Assembly: GCA_964187785.1 (NCBI GenBank) | Contig: OZ076413.1 | Span: forward strand, 46,440,001 to 46,504,000 | Direction of reading: 5' to 3' | Length of the DNA: 64,000 nt | DNA from: Amphiscolops sp. MND2022 | Taxonomy: Eukaryota | Shown here: piece after piece, positions 50,610 through 63,440 of the stretch | How positions within the stretch are numbered: the stretch's first letter is position 1 | Layout: every line of letters begins with the position of its first letter | The notes under the pieces: generated by a model | Told to the model about the DNA's origin: nothing | Database searches by the model: none | What the model saw: only the letters and a program-made list of their open reading frames with translations | Position numbers and translations under genes: made by a program

Positions 50610-53600
50610 AAAAATCTAAGTTTACAAATTCTAGTACAAAAATATGCTAGCTACCAGAGCTTCCGAAATTTTATTTGGGATCAAATAAATCAAATAATTT
50701 GAACCAAAATCAGTTATTTGAATAATAGAAACTTGCAAGCTTTTGATCATTTAATTGGCAATAGTTGAAGCATTATTTTCGGTAATAATATTCGTAAGAC
50801 TTTCATCCCAAGATAGTCTATTCATCTTCAAAAATTTCAAGGGTTCATTGGAAAAATACTTATCTGAAACCGTATAAGGCCTAATCCGCGGTAGTAAAGA
50901 ACCTTTCCATATAATTAGAGTTCGGCACTATGAAATCAATATCAAACTAATCAGACATGTTTTGTGTTTTCCATTTTTTCATTATTAATTTCTAGTGTGC
51001 GTCACATTTCAATGCATCATTCCAGGCAAAAAAATCACAATTGCTTGTTAAACAAGCGGAAGCCCTGATAACTACACTTTTACAAAATTTTAATTGTACA
51101 AAATACTATTTACGGGTATTTACCTAGAAACTCGAAACTAATAAACATTGTGCACGGACATACAAAAGTTTTGCGACGGCGTTCTTCATTTACAGTGGGG
51201 GAAATTTTGTATTAGAGGGCAGGAATGTTCAAAATGAGAAAGGTACTAATAACTGATCTTGATTTTCAGTTACTAGTATAATTACTAGTGCCCTAAATGC
51301 AGGAGCGGAGCGAGGTGCCATATGGTCATGCCTCAATGTTCACGGCCCCTAGAAAGTTGCGGAATTGAAATTAAACAAATCGCGAGAACATTTGCGTCAA
51401 AAAGTCTTGAACTACTTCGATGAAAGAGCAACGCGATGTGATTTCGAGTACTTCGATGAAATAGCAACGCGATGTGATTTTGAGTAATTTCATCTGAAAT
51501 AGCAACGCGATGTGATTTCGAGCACTTCGATGAAATAGCAACGCGATGTGATTTCGAGTAACTTCGGTGAAATAGCAACGCGATGTGATTTTCGAGTACC
51601 TTTTTTGAAATAGCAACGCGATGTGGTTTTCGAGTACAATTCTAAAATATCGCAACCTCATAGCATAAAATGGCAAAATTCAAAACCAAATATCAGGAGA
51701 TTTGGTGGCAATTGATTGACTGAAAGTTTTTCAAAAATATATTTTCAATTTTGTGAAAATCCGGAAAAAGTACAAATTTGAATGAATTTTGTCAAAATTT
51801 CAAATTACTAATTTTTGAAACTTTTGTCGCAGAAAATTCAAACAAACATTTTTGTAAACTAGATAAAATTTTAAGAAACTTTCCTAGCTGACACGTTTTC
51901 GTATTTGTGACAGTTTTCAAGAAATTTCGATTTGAAATTTGCAATCTTAAGCATTGGAGTTTTAATGAAAAAGCAACGCGGTGTGATCAGGGTTACCGAA
52001 AACATTATTTTGATAATATTTTAGCCAAAAATACAGTTATTTTATTTCTATTCTCAAAAATAAATAATTGCAAAACATTTGTGTTGAATAAATGATGAAT
52101 GTGAGTGAAACTGATTAAGTTTAATTGGAGAAGAATTCTGAGAAATCTGAGAATTCTCAAGTGTCAACGAAGTTGAAATTTTGTAAATCCGTTACGAACC
52201 ATGCCGAGACTGAACGAAATTTTCACCGAGTGTCAGGACTACTGTGACGTCATAATTAATATGATAGTAGCGTTCAGTAAATGTAGCGTTCTAAAATATC
52301 GCAACTCCACTGCTTAAAATTGCAAATTTCAAATCCAATTTTGTTAGAAACTGTCACAAATACGAAAAATTGTCAGCTATGGACGTTTTTAAGAATTTGA
52401 TCTAGTTCACAAAAATGTTTAATAGAAATTTCTACGACCCTTTTTGAAAAAGTTGAAAATACAAAATATTTTACCGTATATTCCGGCAGGGGTTTTCAAA
52501 AAATAATTTCGGGGAAATTTATCGCGAAAAATAAAACAAAAGAAAGTTCAACTCAAAACAGAAAGTCGTTGAATTTCTTGTGACTGCACAAAATAGTGTC
52601 AACAAATTTGTATCTTAATTCTAAACTGTCACCATGGAAATAAAGATCGAATTAAAGGTTTATGTTTTATAATTTAGGTTTTGTGATATTTTTTACTAAT
52701 TTCTCAAAAACAATCGGCGGTGGGCGGGATGGTTTTAACAGCAAAGAGCCAAAATGTGGGATGTTGATTAGATTTCTTTATAATATTGAGTTTTGAAACT
52801 TGAATCTTTTTCGTGGCAAGTATTTACGTGACAGAATATGGAAATTGATAATTCACATAATTTCCACAATATTTGGGTTTTAATGTAATTATTGCAATTT
52901 ATTATGGCTGATGTTATAGGGGCAGTCTCACATTCGCCATACCGTATTAGGAAAACCTGACGTGTAGGTAAACTTATTTCATAATTAAACAGTTTTTTTC
53001 ACACTCTAAAAAATAAATTGGACCACTGATTGTGAAAATGATTTGGACTGAACAAAAGGTACCGATATCTCCGCAACTATTTTCTGCTAAAAACTATTCA
53101 AGTGAAAGTTTCTCAATTTTTCAATACGAGTTGAGGCGTTGAGGCAACTAGCGTTGGTGGGACATAGACACCTTTTTACTAGGCCTTGGTGGGACGGGCA
53201 TTAGGTGGGACATACATATTTTGGCAATCGAATTGGATTTTTGTACACATCATCAGCCAATATAAACTTTTATATCATATTTTAAAAAAGTGTATTTAAT
53301 TTCAAAAGTTGAATTTTTCGTTTCAATCTTTCACAAAATGGGGACAGGTGCTCAGATATCTAAAGATAGTCCACAACAGATACCTACCTCATGAACCTTG
53401 ACTTTATGGAGCAAGAAGACTATTCTGTCACAGTGGAGCCTCAAGTTGTCAGAGTGTTCAGGCTCGGTGATCTAAGAAGCGGATTCTGAAGCTCTGAGCC
53501 ATAGTCACCTATATACGGTAAACTAACTTGAGTATATACAGTATACGCAAAACATGTAAATACTCCACGCCGTGTTCATTCACATTCTTTCAGCTCTTAT

Positions 53601-55058
53601 TCCTAGTGAACCAAAACCAATCTAATTCCAATCACATTGCGTTTCTTTTAGATGGTGGATTCCCAAATAACATAAGAGTAAATATTTTTCAAACAACAAA
53701 AATGGAAAAGTATGAAAATTACAGAGAAAAACTCTTGAGTTCAATAGTTTAATCGGGTATTCAGCTTTAATTTTGTTATATGAAATTAACTTTCCTCTTT
53801 ATGTTTTTTATGCGACTAATCTATTATTATTAATATTATTGAGTAATTCGGTGATGTCCGTTTTTATTCTTAATTTGAATGGAATTTAAAATATTGATTT
53901 TATTTAAAATAATCATATCTACAACAATATAAATTATTGGGAATCTCCAAACCAAGAGCCCCTTTAAAACTTAATTACAACAAGTTTTTTGGAAAGCAAC
54001 AATCATAGGGCTCTAGGCTCAGCGTTGCTTAGCTGAAGTGGCCGATTTGAACGTAACGGTTGCTTAAAAGTTGCTTAAATGTGATGGAAGAAGCGGGCCT
54101 ATACCCAGGTTCGATGAAGAATTCAGTGACATTTTGTCATCCAGACGTAGGGCGAAAAATCAAAGCTTTGTACGAGAATGGGTGACATATTGGAGTAGTA
54201 TTGTACTGCAGTATTACCCTTGGAGAGTTCAAAATAGACTTTCACGATGTGCCAGGGTTGATCAAATTATGATTTTTATTTATTTTAAACAGACGAATAG
54301 GATTTAAATTATTTTAATCCGGATTCGTGATTTAAATCATCTTCCCGACTTTAAAAAAATCTGTGGTGGACCCCAGACGTCTTATCCCCCACACTTAGAG
54401 CTGCGGTGGAACAAAATGGACGATTTGGCCGAGAGTTATCCAAAAAATGTTCAAAATTAAATTCAATTTAAATCAAATTTATTTAAAAGGTGTTTTTAAG
54501 AACTGTTTAGAACTTTAAAACAGAAGAGAAGCTCTCAGGTGATATCGCTGCTTGCTGTGAATCAAACAATGCCGGTCAGCTTGGTAGTTAGCGCTGGTTT
54601 GAACGGTGTGATTTAACACCATTTTGATTTAAAAGCTAAAATTTTCATTTAAATTTTCTTTCAAAAGAATAAATTTTCTTTTATTTCAAAACTGGGTGGT
54701 AATTTACTTGATTCTCTAATATCACTAACTTAGAAAATTGTTATTACTGACTTAGTTTATTTAAAAGTAAGGTTAATTGGTCAAGTGAAAGACGTTATTT
54801 CAATTATTTAATTAGTTGGTTACTTGAGTGAAAGGACAAAACAAACTTCTGAAAACGAAGCAAGTTACGAGTAAAAGACAGAGTAAAGTAACGATGTGTT
54901 TTGTCAATGATCTGGCTCCATTGATCATTCAATCTCCAAACACTAAAACGATCGCTTCCTTCAAAACATTGACAATCAGACTTTCAAAACGCAATACACT
55001 ATCAAAAATATACCTGAACATCAGAATACCTTAACGCAATACCATACGAAGTCTCAGA

Positions 55059-55668
55059 ATGCTGATCTGCGCCGTTTGTGGGGAGGAACTGTACTACTTC
55101 ATTTGGTCGCTTGATGAGAACCACGCGATCTGCAGTGAGTGCCGCGATGCTTGGATCAAAGTCCTCGAGAGGCAAGTTTCACAACTTTGCTGATTTTGAA
55201 ATTTGTAGTTGAAGATGACAGTTTTTTCACTTCAAAATTTTCCCATATTATCACTGACCAATATCGAAAAGAACCCGACATTTCAATGATTTGTTTTTTG
55301 ATGCTATGAAACTATTACTCTTCTGTTTTTCTTAGTGGGACTTAGTGGGACTCAGACCCCCTCTTTTTCACTCGGCCTTGGTGGGACGGGCATTAGGTGG
55401 GACATAAAAGGTGGGACCTCCTATGAGGCGTAGTCAAAAGTGACTGAAAGTGGCTAAAGTTCGACCGAGTGCTTAATACTGGCACATTGGCTTCGTTTTC
55501 AGAAAAATCCAACAATGAGGAAAACGGAACTAGAAGCTTGATATAAAACAAACTTATTCATGATATTCAAAAATCATCCATATTGTGAGTTACAGGCAAA
55601 CGACCACTGACAGCATCATTTGGGTGAAGTGCCCTCTGTGTAGGAAAGAATCCCTACTGAAAGCTTGA
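55059..55668 (+). CDS. Small RING-like protein (61 aa), two exons joined by a GC-AG intron
   Basis: Exon 55059-55171 (MLICAVC...HAICSEC..W) plus exon 55596-55668 (QTTTDSIIWVKCPLCRKESLLKA*). Donor AG/GCAAGT, acceptor TTACAG/, in phase. Confidence 0.6.
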
Positions 55669-55675
55669 TCAAGCT

Positions 55676-55766
55676 TGATCGACCTGCAGATTTGAGAGCC
55701 TGATCGACCTGCAGAAAAGAGAGCTCGATCGACCTGCAGAAATGAGAGCTCGATCCACCTGCAGAA
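55676..55766 (+). repeat. ~24-25-bp tandem repeat (GATCGACCTGCAGAAAAGAGAGCTC), ~4 copies
   Basis: Direct inspection. Confidence 0.85.
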
Positions 55767-57822
55767 GACCCTTTAAACTTTTTCAAATGAACAAATTTTA
55801 TTTATTTTTCAATTGTATATATTTTGTTATTGTATAAAAAAAGTTTTACTTTCATTCTTTGTAATATTTCCCAGAACATATGGAAAGAAAAAAGACTTGC
55901 ATTTTGAATTCTGACTAAAACTACATATAAACTGATATACAATTTGTACAGCAATAAAAAAAGCAAAATTTTTTCTCAACGGGGAGGCGGAGTTTCTTAA
56001 CAGGGGGGGGGTCGTTAAAAACATAGCTAAAAACATGCGGGCAAACATGGGTGAAAACCTAGAAAGGGGACCTTTTGGTACTTTTAAGGGTACAATTCTG
56101 AACGGGGGGGGGGCATCTAATATCTTCGTTTGCATTTTCATTTTGATCGCTATTGCTAATTGTTTGAATTTTTTGCAGATTAATTGCAAGTTTGAATCAA
56201 AAACACTTGGAAAGGATTGTTTCTATTTATATTTTCGGGGATTTAATAGCCATAGAGAGAGATGTCTTTGAGAGGGCAGTTATTTTGCCATGAACTACGT
56301 TTTTACATCCCTTCCACTAATACCCCAAATCAAATGATGGTAAATTTATGTGACACTAGACTTGCATTTTTTTTAAATGTTATTTTCAATAGAACGAAAT
56401 GCTGAGCATTTTCCATTCTGATGCTTGGAAAAGATTTGCTTGTCAAGATTCTAAATTGCCGCTTTGGTTTAAAATTTGTGGAAATTTTGAGTTATTTTGA
56501 AAAATGAGAAATTTTTGACTTTGAATATTCACACCAATTTCAAAAGTATGACCATTGCTCTCAAGTTATTTGTGAATCCACAATTTTCAATTTTATTATT
56601 TTAGACAATAGGGATACTTCAGAAACATAGAGAAACCAACTAATTAGGAGCAAACAAGTACTCAATTTCAATTTTCTACGTTAATCAGAGCGCGTACAAA
56701 AATTGTGAAAATTTCATTCAGTCCCGGCATTGTTCGTAAACAGATTTCCAATTTCTTCGTTCGCCTTGCAGTTGTCTGAATAGCAAATAGCAAACACCTT
56801 CAAAGCAAACACCAATTCGAATTTAAAATTATCTCCACTATTGAATTATCTACATTTTCTATGATGACCAAATAGCAAATGCGAACACAATTCAGTGAAC
56901 AAGTTTAAATCTCAGGTTTTGTGAAACTCATTTCAGTTAATTGAAACAAATTCACAATTCCGAAACGAATAATTTAGTTTTATAAAATATTGGTTTTCTT
57001 AAATGAGTTTCACAGATCCTAAAAATTAACTTGTCCTTAAATGAAATGTCCTTTGAAGATGAAATCAACTGTCATTTGTCAATGAATTTGTCATTAAATG
57101 AAATGTCAGTTGAAAATGAAATCCATTGTCATTCGTCAAGGAAACTGTCATAAAATGAATGTCATTAAATGAAAAGTCTCTAAATCTGTCATTAAATTAA
57201 CTTATAAATTGCCCTCATGTTATTTGGTCTACATTTGCGTGAAACAGAATTTTTTCAATTCTTATCAGAATAACCAGTCAGACTTGCGTTTCTGAAAATT
57301 TATTTACTTGGTTATATTGAATTTTATTCTGTTGATATTCTGTTCAACAGGTAAGAACGATAAAATGGTAACTGTGATAAAGATGTTGCAATTGTTGAAA
57401 ATTGTATTGTCGATGATTTCCGGGGTGGGGAATAATCGGTAGGGGTAAGAGGGCGATAAACGTTACAGGAAAATTAATTTCAAGTAACTCCTACTTGAAT
57501 TTCAATATTTTAAGATACTTCGATCAATATATTGCCAATATATCAAGATACGTCGACGAATTGAATACTACTACATTAGTGATATTAGCAAAAGCAACAA
57601 AACATATAATATATATAATTAAAATAGTATTATCATTAAAATATAATCTAAGAAATAGTAATAATACTATTATATTATCTAAGAATAAAAAATATTTAAT
57701 AATTTAATAATTATTATTTTTTAGGAAGAAAAATTTATAAACATATACTATAAGTATAAAAAACGGATGTTCGATACAGAGTGCTCAACTAATTTTTTCA
57801 CGAGGTTTCAGGAGTCAAGAGC

Positions 57823-58032
57823 ATGAGGGTCAAGCGAACGCCCCAGAAGAATTACAGTAGTTGTTTAATTTGCTTAGATGAATATAGATCAGTAGAATTA
57901 CAGAGTTTGCATGAAAAACATAGATTACATTTAGTATGCAGAGACTGTTTAGATACCCTTTTAGTTAGTTTTGTAAATGTACTTAAATGTCCTTTATGTA
58001 GATTACCTGTAGATAATGTTTTCTATTCTTAG
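57823..58032 (+). CDS. Small RING-finger-like protein (69 aa), copy 2
   Basis: CLIC...H..H..HLVCRDC...CPLCR; paralog of 37932-38141. Confidence 0.65.
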   Translation: MRVKRTPQKNYSSCLICLDEYRSVELQSLHEKHRLHLVCRDCLDTLLVSFVNVLKCPLCRLPVDNVFYS

Positions 58033-58419
58033 TTCTGTAAATTTTGTAGATTTTGTAAATTCATTGTACTATTTCGTTTACGGACAGTGATGTTAAAAGA
58101 AAAAAATTTATCTCATTTTAACGAAAATACTCATTGGCGAATGCGACAGCCAATCAAATGTAGCAAAAAATTTTTGTGTTACAAGTTTTAAAAAAATTGA
58201 AATGGAATTGAAACATGTTATAACAAACATATTATAAAAAAATTGTTATAACATGGGCCAATCAGATGCAAATACAAACGAAATGTTATCCAGTTAATGA
58301 GGGATGTTGCGATTTGTTCGGAATTTTACCCTTCCCCATTTTTGCTGAATTTGCATTTTCATAATGAACAGAATTAATAACAGAATTGAACAGTGAGTGT
58401 GAATAAAAGAATTCAGCGT

Positions 58420-58728
58420 CAGGGGCTGTCAAAAATTAATTGGAGAAAAATCAATTGCATATAATTGCAATCATTCAATTGATTGCAGACTTCCAGCAAT
58501 TGCAATTAATTTCCGCCAAAATATGACACCTATGAACTTAGAAAGGTAGCTGTTCTTGAAAACAAACAAAAATTTTGGGACGAAGAACTTGTTTCAAAAT
58601 GCTGTGCATAACAACGATTAATTGCAATTAATTGCAACTAAAGGATTTATTTTTTCTAAAATTAAATTAATTGATTGCAATCTTTGATAATTGATTGTTT
58701 CCCAAAAATTAATTTTTGACAACCCCTG
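58420..58728. mobile_element. hAT-like MITE nested in a TIR element
   Basis: TIRs CAGGGGCTGTCAAAAATT / AATTTTTGACAACCCCTG; TSD TTCAGCGT / TTGAGCGT. Confidence 0.8.
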
Positions 58729-58903
58729 TTGAGCGTCCCATTTTACATGTATCAGCAGTTTTCACAACAAATGTACATACAAATTTGCGTCTACCATTTT
58801 CACGGGCCTTGCCGTCTTCGAGATAACTGTGATTATTCATACGTTTATATTGTGAAAAATAAATGTAAAAGTTGGCAACTAATTGATTTTAACACCACTG
58901 TTT

Positions 58904-58981
58904 GAGACCCTTCAGAGGCCACGTTCTCGGCGTGGGTCTTGTTATGGGTGACACTATGTGATCCCCTAACTGAGAGCCTCT
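58904..58981 (+). ncRNA. HDV-like ribozyme candidate (copy 3)
   Basis: P1 GAGACCC/GGGUCUU, P2 AGAGGC/GCCUCU, P3 ACG/CGU, L3 UUCUCGG, P4 UUAUGGG..CAC-UAU-GUG..CCCCUAA, J4/2 CUGA. Confidence 0.6.
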
Positions 58982-61296
58982 TTAAAATCACAGAATACTG
59001 GGCTAGCGTGACTATATGTTGTGATTTCTGATCACAACATTAACAAAGGCCCGACATTTTTGAAAAGATGTTTTTGTTGAATTAAGTTGTGAAGCAGAAA
59101 TCTAAACGATCCAGCTTAGATGGCATGAACTTGCATTTCAGGTTCCCCTCCAACACCAGCTACTCTCTGGCTACTAATGATTCAATCTATTTTAATTGGT
59201 GATTGGAGAAACGTTAAATCATAATAAAAATGATAATAATAAACAAATACCGTACATGTATAACAGTAGTAAGGTAAGCGAACCATTCTCATCATACAGC
59301 GTTTCTTTTCTAAAATAGTTTCAATCTTCTACAAAATGGGGACAGGTGCTCAGATATCTAGAGATAGGCGACAACAGATACTTACTTGATGAATCTGGAC
59401 TTCATGGAGCAAGTCTCTTATTCTGCCCCGGTGGAGCATCAGAGTGTTTAACTTCGGTGATCTAACGAGCGCATGCTGTTGCTCTGAGCCATAGTCCCCT
59501 ACTTACAATAAATTAACTTGAATATATATATATATATATATACGCAATACATGTAAATACTCCACGCCGCGTTCCATCAAATTTCGTTTGTTTTAGCTTA
59601 ACCATACTGTTATAAACAAAAATACAGTATATGGAATTTGTTTTTTTTTATGCTAAATGAATTCAATTTCATATTGTAAATGGTAAGTGGGACTAATTTT
59701 GTTGTGTTGAGAACTGAACTGATAAAGAAACTCAATGTGATTGAGCCTGAAGAAAAAGGCTTTTATATCGAAGAAAAAGGCTTTTATATCGAGCATGAAA
59801 AGCACGCCTTATTTTCACCTCAAACAAAATTTTTTGATGGCAAAGTTAAATTCTTTTTCGCAAAATAAAAATATTGGCACAGAGACGCAACATGTTTGAT
59901 ATCCCAAAGTGTTTGCAATCAATATCAATCACATTGCGTTTCTTTTACATCATACTTCTAGTGAAACAATAGAAATGAAATATCTATCACATTGCGTTTC
60001 TTTTAGATAATACGCCTAGTGAAACAATACAAATCAAATATCTATCACATTGCGTTTCTTTTAGATCATACTTCTAGTAAAACAATACACATCTAATCTC
60101 AATCATATTGCGTTTCTCTCTCTACATTAACTCAAACAATATCCCACCTTTTATGTCCCACCAAATGCCCGTCCCACCAAGGCATAGTAGAAAAGGGTCT
60201 ATGTCCCACTAAGTCTGGTTTCCTCAACACAATCCACTAAGTGTTTCCTACCACCAAAATAAATTCCTTTGAAACGAAAAATTACCAAAACAACAAAAAT
60301 TAGATTTCCATTGATTGAACGTTGGCCCCAAGTGTTAAATAGACCACTTTTTCACTTCTTTTAGGCCTTGGGGGACGAGAATTAGGTGAGATAGGTGGGA
60401 CCTCCCAGATCGGCCATTATTGAGCAGTTCCAAAATTGGGGATATGATTGTTAGAGCATGCTTAAGAATTTCATAGTCTTCTCTATGTTGACTAAAAGGA
60501 CTGTCATCTATCCCCGCCAAATTGCGGCGGGGGATAAGACCAAAGGTTCAAATACCAGGTACACCAACCAACACGAAAGCACATTTTCATCAGGAAAAAA
60601 AATATTTAACTAATAAGAGAATATTATACTTATACTTAGATTATACTTAGAGGATTGTCTCTACAACTGGTTGGACACTTCAGGTAAAAATTCCATAATT
60701 TTTTGATATTATTGTCCAAAATTGCAAAAGTTCACGCTTGGAACAAGATACAGTGATTGAAATTGAGTTTTTATGTTATTTGCTCTTTGGAAATTCACGT
60801 TTATCTGGACAATTAGAAATTTGAATAAGTTTAATCAAAAAAATAACTAACCAACAAAAAAACGAGTTAGGTCACCTGTCGGTTAGGCTTTGTATGACAT
60901 ATTAAGAAAGAGAGCTGAAGAAACAAGATAAAAGTAATTCCAGGAATCCTCGAAACTCTTCAAAGTAATCTGTAAGCTATGCTTGAAACCATTTCCGACA
61001 AAAGGTTTGAGATACTTGGACTTGGAACGACTTGAAATTCAGAGGAATTAGGGGGAAAATAAGTGGGGGCGTTCCATTATTCCGAAGCATCATTATTCCG
61101 AAAATATTGATCAGAATAAAACTTCCGAAAATAAACAAAACTGTAACAAATGCCGGAAATAAGTTCATCAAAACTGAATTTCAACTCAAATCAGTATTAC
61201 AAAATTTACAGTACATGTGTTTGCGAATATTCATAGCCACAGCGTGCTAAATTAGCACTGCTAATTAAAGAAGTCACTGTGCCAACTAAGGGCATT

Positions 61297-61447
61297 GACA
61301 GTTCGGGGAAGGTGCGAATTTGTTTAAGCAAAAGTTGTGATGTTATGCTCGGCTGCTATAATGAGAAGCGACTCGCTTCGCATTATAGCAGCCGAGCATA
61401 ACGTCACAACTTTTGCTCAAACAAATTCGCACCTTCCCTGAACTGTC
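61297..61447. repeat. ~150-bp near-perfect hairpin
   Basis: 67-bp arms, with pairing continuing through GAAGCGA-C-TCGCTTC. Confidence 0.9.
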
Positions 61448-61781
61448 GCTTCAAGCGACCGAGCCATACTACAAGTTTGCTAACCTTCCAAAGAAATCAA
61501 GTTCCATGCATATTAGCTGTAACAGCACTAAAAGCTAATTTGATTTTCTGCTGTATTTGAATCCTGCTGTATTGGACCAAATTTTCATTTTCTGCTGCTT
61601 CCACACGGCACGTTGTTAAACATTACGTTGTATAACTAGTTAAAAACTGTAGTTAACCGGTATAACTGTAGTAAACGCAAAGTTTCACGTGAATGAGAAC
61701 ATTTTTTGTCGGGCACAAATAACAGCTGAGATTACAAATCTAAACGAAAAGTTACTTTTGGCCAGTAAAACTAAGTTTTAA

Positions 61782-61862
61782 AGAGGCTCTCAGTTAGGGG
61801 ATCACATAGTGTCGCCCATAACAAGACCCACGCCGAGAAAGTTCTGGCCTCTAAAGGGTCTC
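61782..61862 (-). ncRNA. HDV-like ribozyme candidate (copy 4, degenerate)
   Basis: Reverse-complement homolog with a small insertion near P3. Confidence 0.35.
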
Positions 61863-62889
61863 AAAAATCTAAGTTTAAATATTCTAGTACAAAAAAATAT
61901 GCTAAGTACACTTTTAAAAGTAGGAAATGCTAAAAGGAATAGATTTTAACCAAAATCAATAATTAATTGATGAATAGAAACTCACAAATTACCTATCCAA
62001 TAATCAAAATACATCAATTAATTGCCAAAACAAGAGTGGATAAAGCGGTCAAAAATTTAAAAAATAAATTTAAAAATTTCAAAATAGATGTGAACTACAT
62101 GAAATTCTAAAGAGCTTTTTTTCTCTGATGTTTTTCAAAATCTTTGACCGATTTCGAGAACATCGCGCCTGAAATCGCCCGGGGGACGTTTTACTAATCA
62201 CGGTATTGTATTGTTCGCTAACGAGAAGCCAGCAATAAGCGCTCTGATTGGTTGAAAATAGCAACGCGGAGTGATTTGAGGGAATAATAGCAATGAAATA
62301 GCAACGCGATGTGATTTCGAGTAAATCCAGTGAAATAGCAACGCGATGTGACTTCGGTCAACTCTAAGTGGAATAGCAACGCGATGTGATTTCGAGCAAC
62401 TCCAAGTGGAATAGCAACGCCATGTGATTTCGAGTACAGTAGTGTTCTGAAGTATCGCAACTCCATTTCTTGAAATTGCGAGTTTCAAATCCAAATATCT
62501 TTGAGACTGTCACAAATACAAAAAACTGTCAGCTACAAAAGTTTCTTAGAATTTTATTTAGTTTACAAAATTGTTTGTTTGAAATTTCTGCGACGAAAAT
62601 TACGAAAGTTAGAAATTGGAATTTTTGACAAATTTTCATCAAATTTCCACAATTTCTTGGTTTTCACGAAGTTGAAAAAATTGTTTTAAAAAATTTTTAG
62701 TTGATCATTTGCCCCCAAATGTCCTGAGGATGCTGATATGATTTGATGGAAAAAAATTTTCGATATCAAATAAAAATCAGCAATTTTCTAAATGCAATTC
62801 TTATAGCCTATCTTTAATTGTAATTTCAATGAAAAAGCAACGCCGTGTGATTTCGATTTTTGTCAAATGTCAACGCCACTTTTTTCCGT

Positions 62890-63440
62890 GAAATTACTTT
62901 GTAAATGCGAGAAATTTCGCTAATGCATTTATGATATCGTCATTCTGCAGCATTTCTCAAAATGATAGAATTTATTCCAAAAATTAAACTGAAATAATTT
63001 TAATTAGGACCTTGAAATAGTTGTTGAGTATTTCTTTTGTTTCATTTTACTCTTTTGCGTGAAGGGGGGGTGGTTTTGTGAATAGATGAATGAATTACTT
63101 TGTAAATGCGAGAAATTTCGCTAATGCATTTACGATATCTTCATTCTGCAGCCTCTCTGAAAATGATAGCATATTCCAAAAAATAAACTGAAATAATTTT
63201 GATTAGGACCTTGAAATCGTTGTTGAGTATTTCTTTTGTTTCATTTTACTCTTTTGCGTGAAGGGGGGGGTGGTTTTGTGAATTGATGAATGAATTACTT
63301 TGTAAATGCGAGAAATTTCGCTAATGCATTTACGATCTCTTCATTCTGCAGCCTTTCTGAAATTGGTAGCATTTATTCCAAAAAATAAAACTGAAATAAT
63401 TTTGATTAGGATCTTGAAATCGTTGTTGAGTATTTATTTT
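62890..63440. repeat. ~200-bp tandem repeat, ~2.7 copies
   Basis: AATTACTTTGTAAATGCGAGAAATTTCGCTAATGC occurs at ~62892, 63093 and 63293. Confidence 0.9.
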
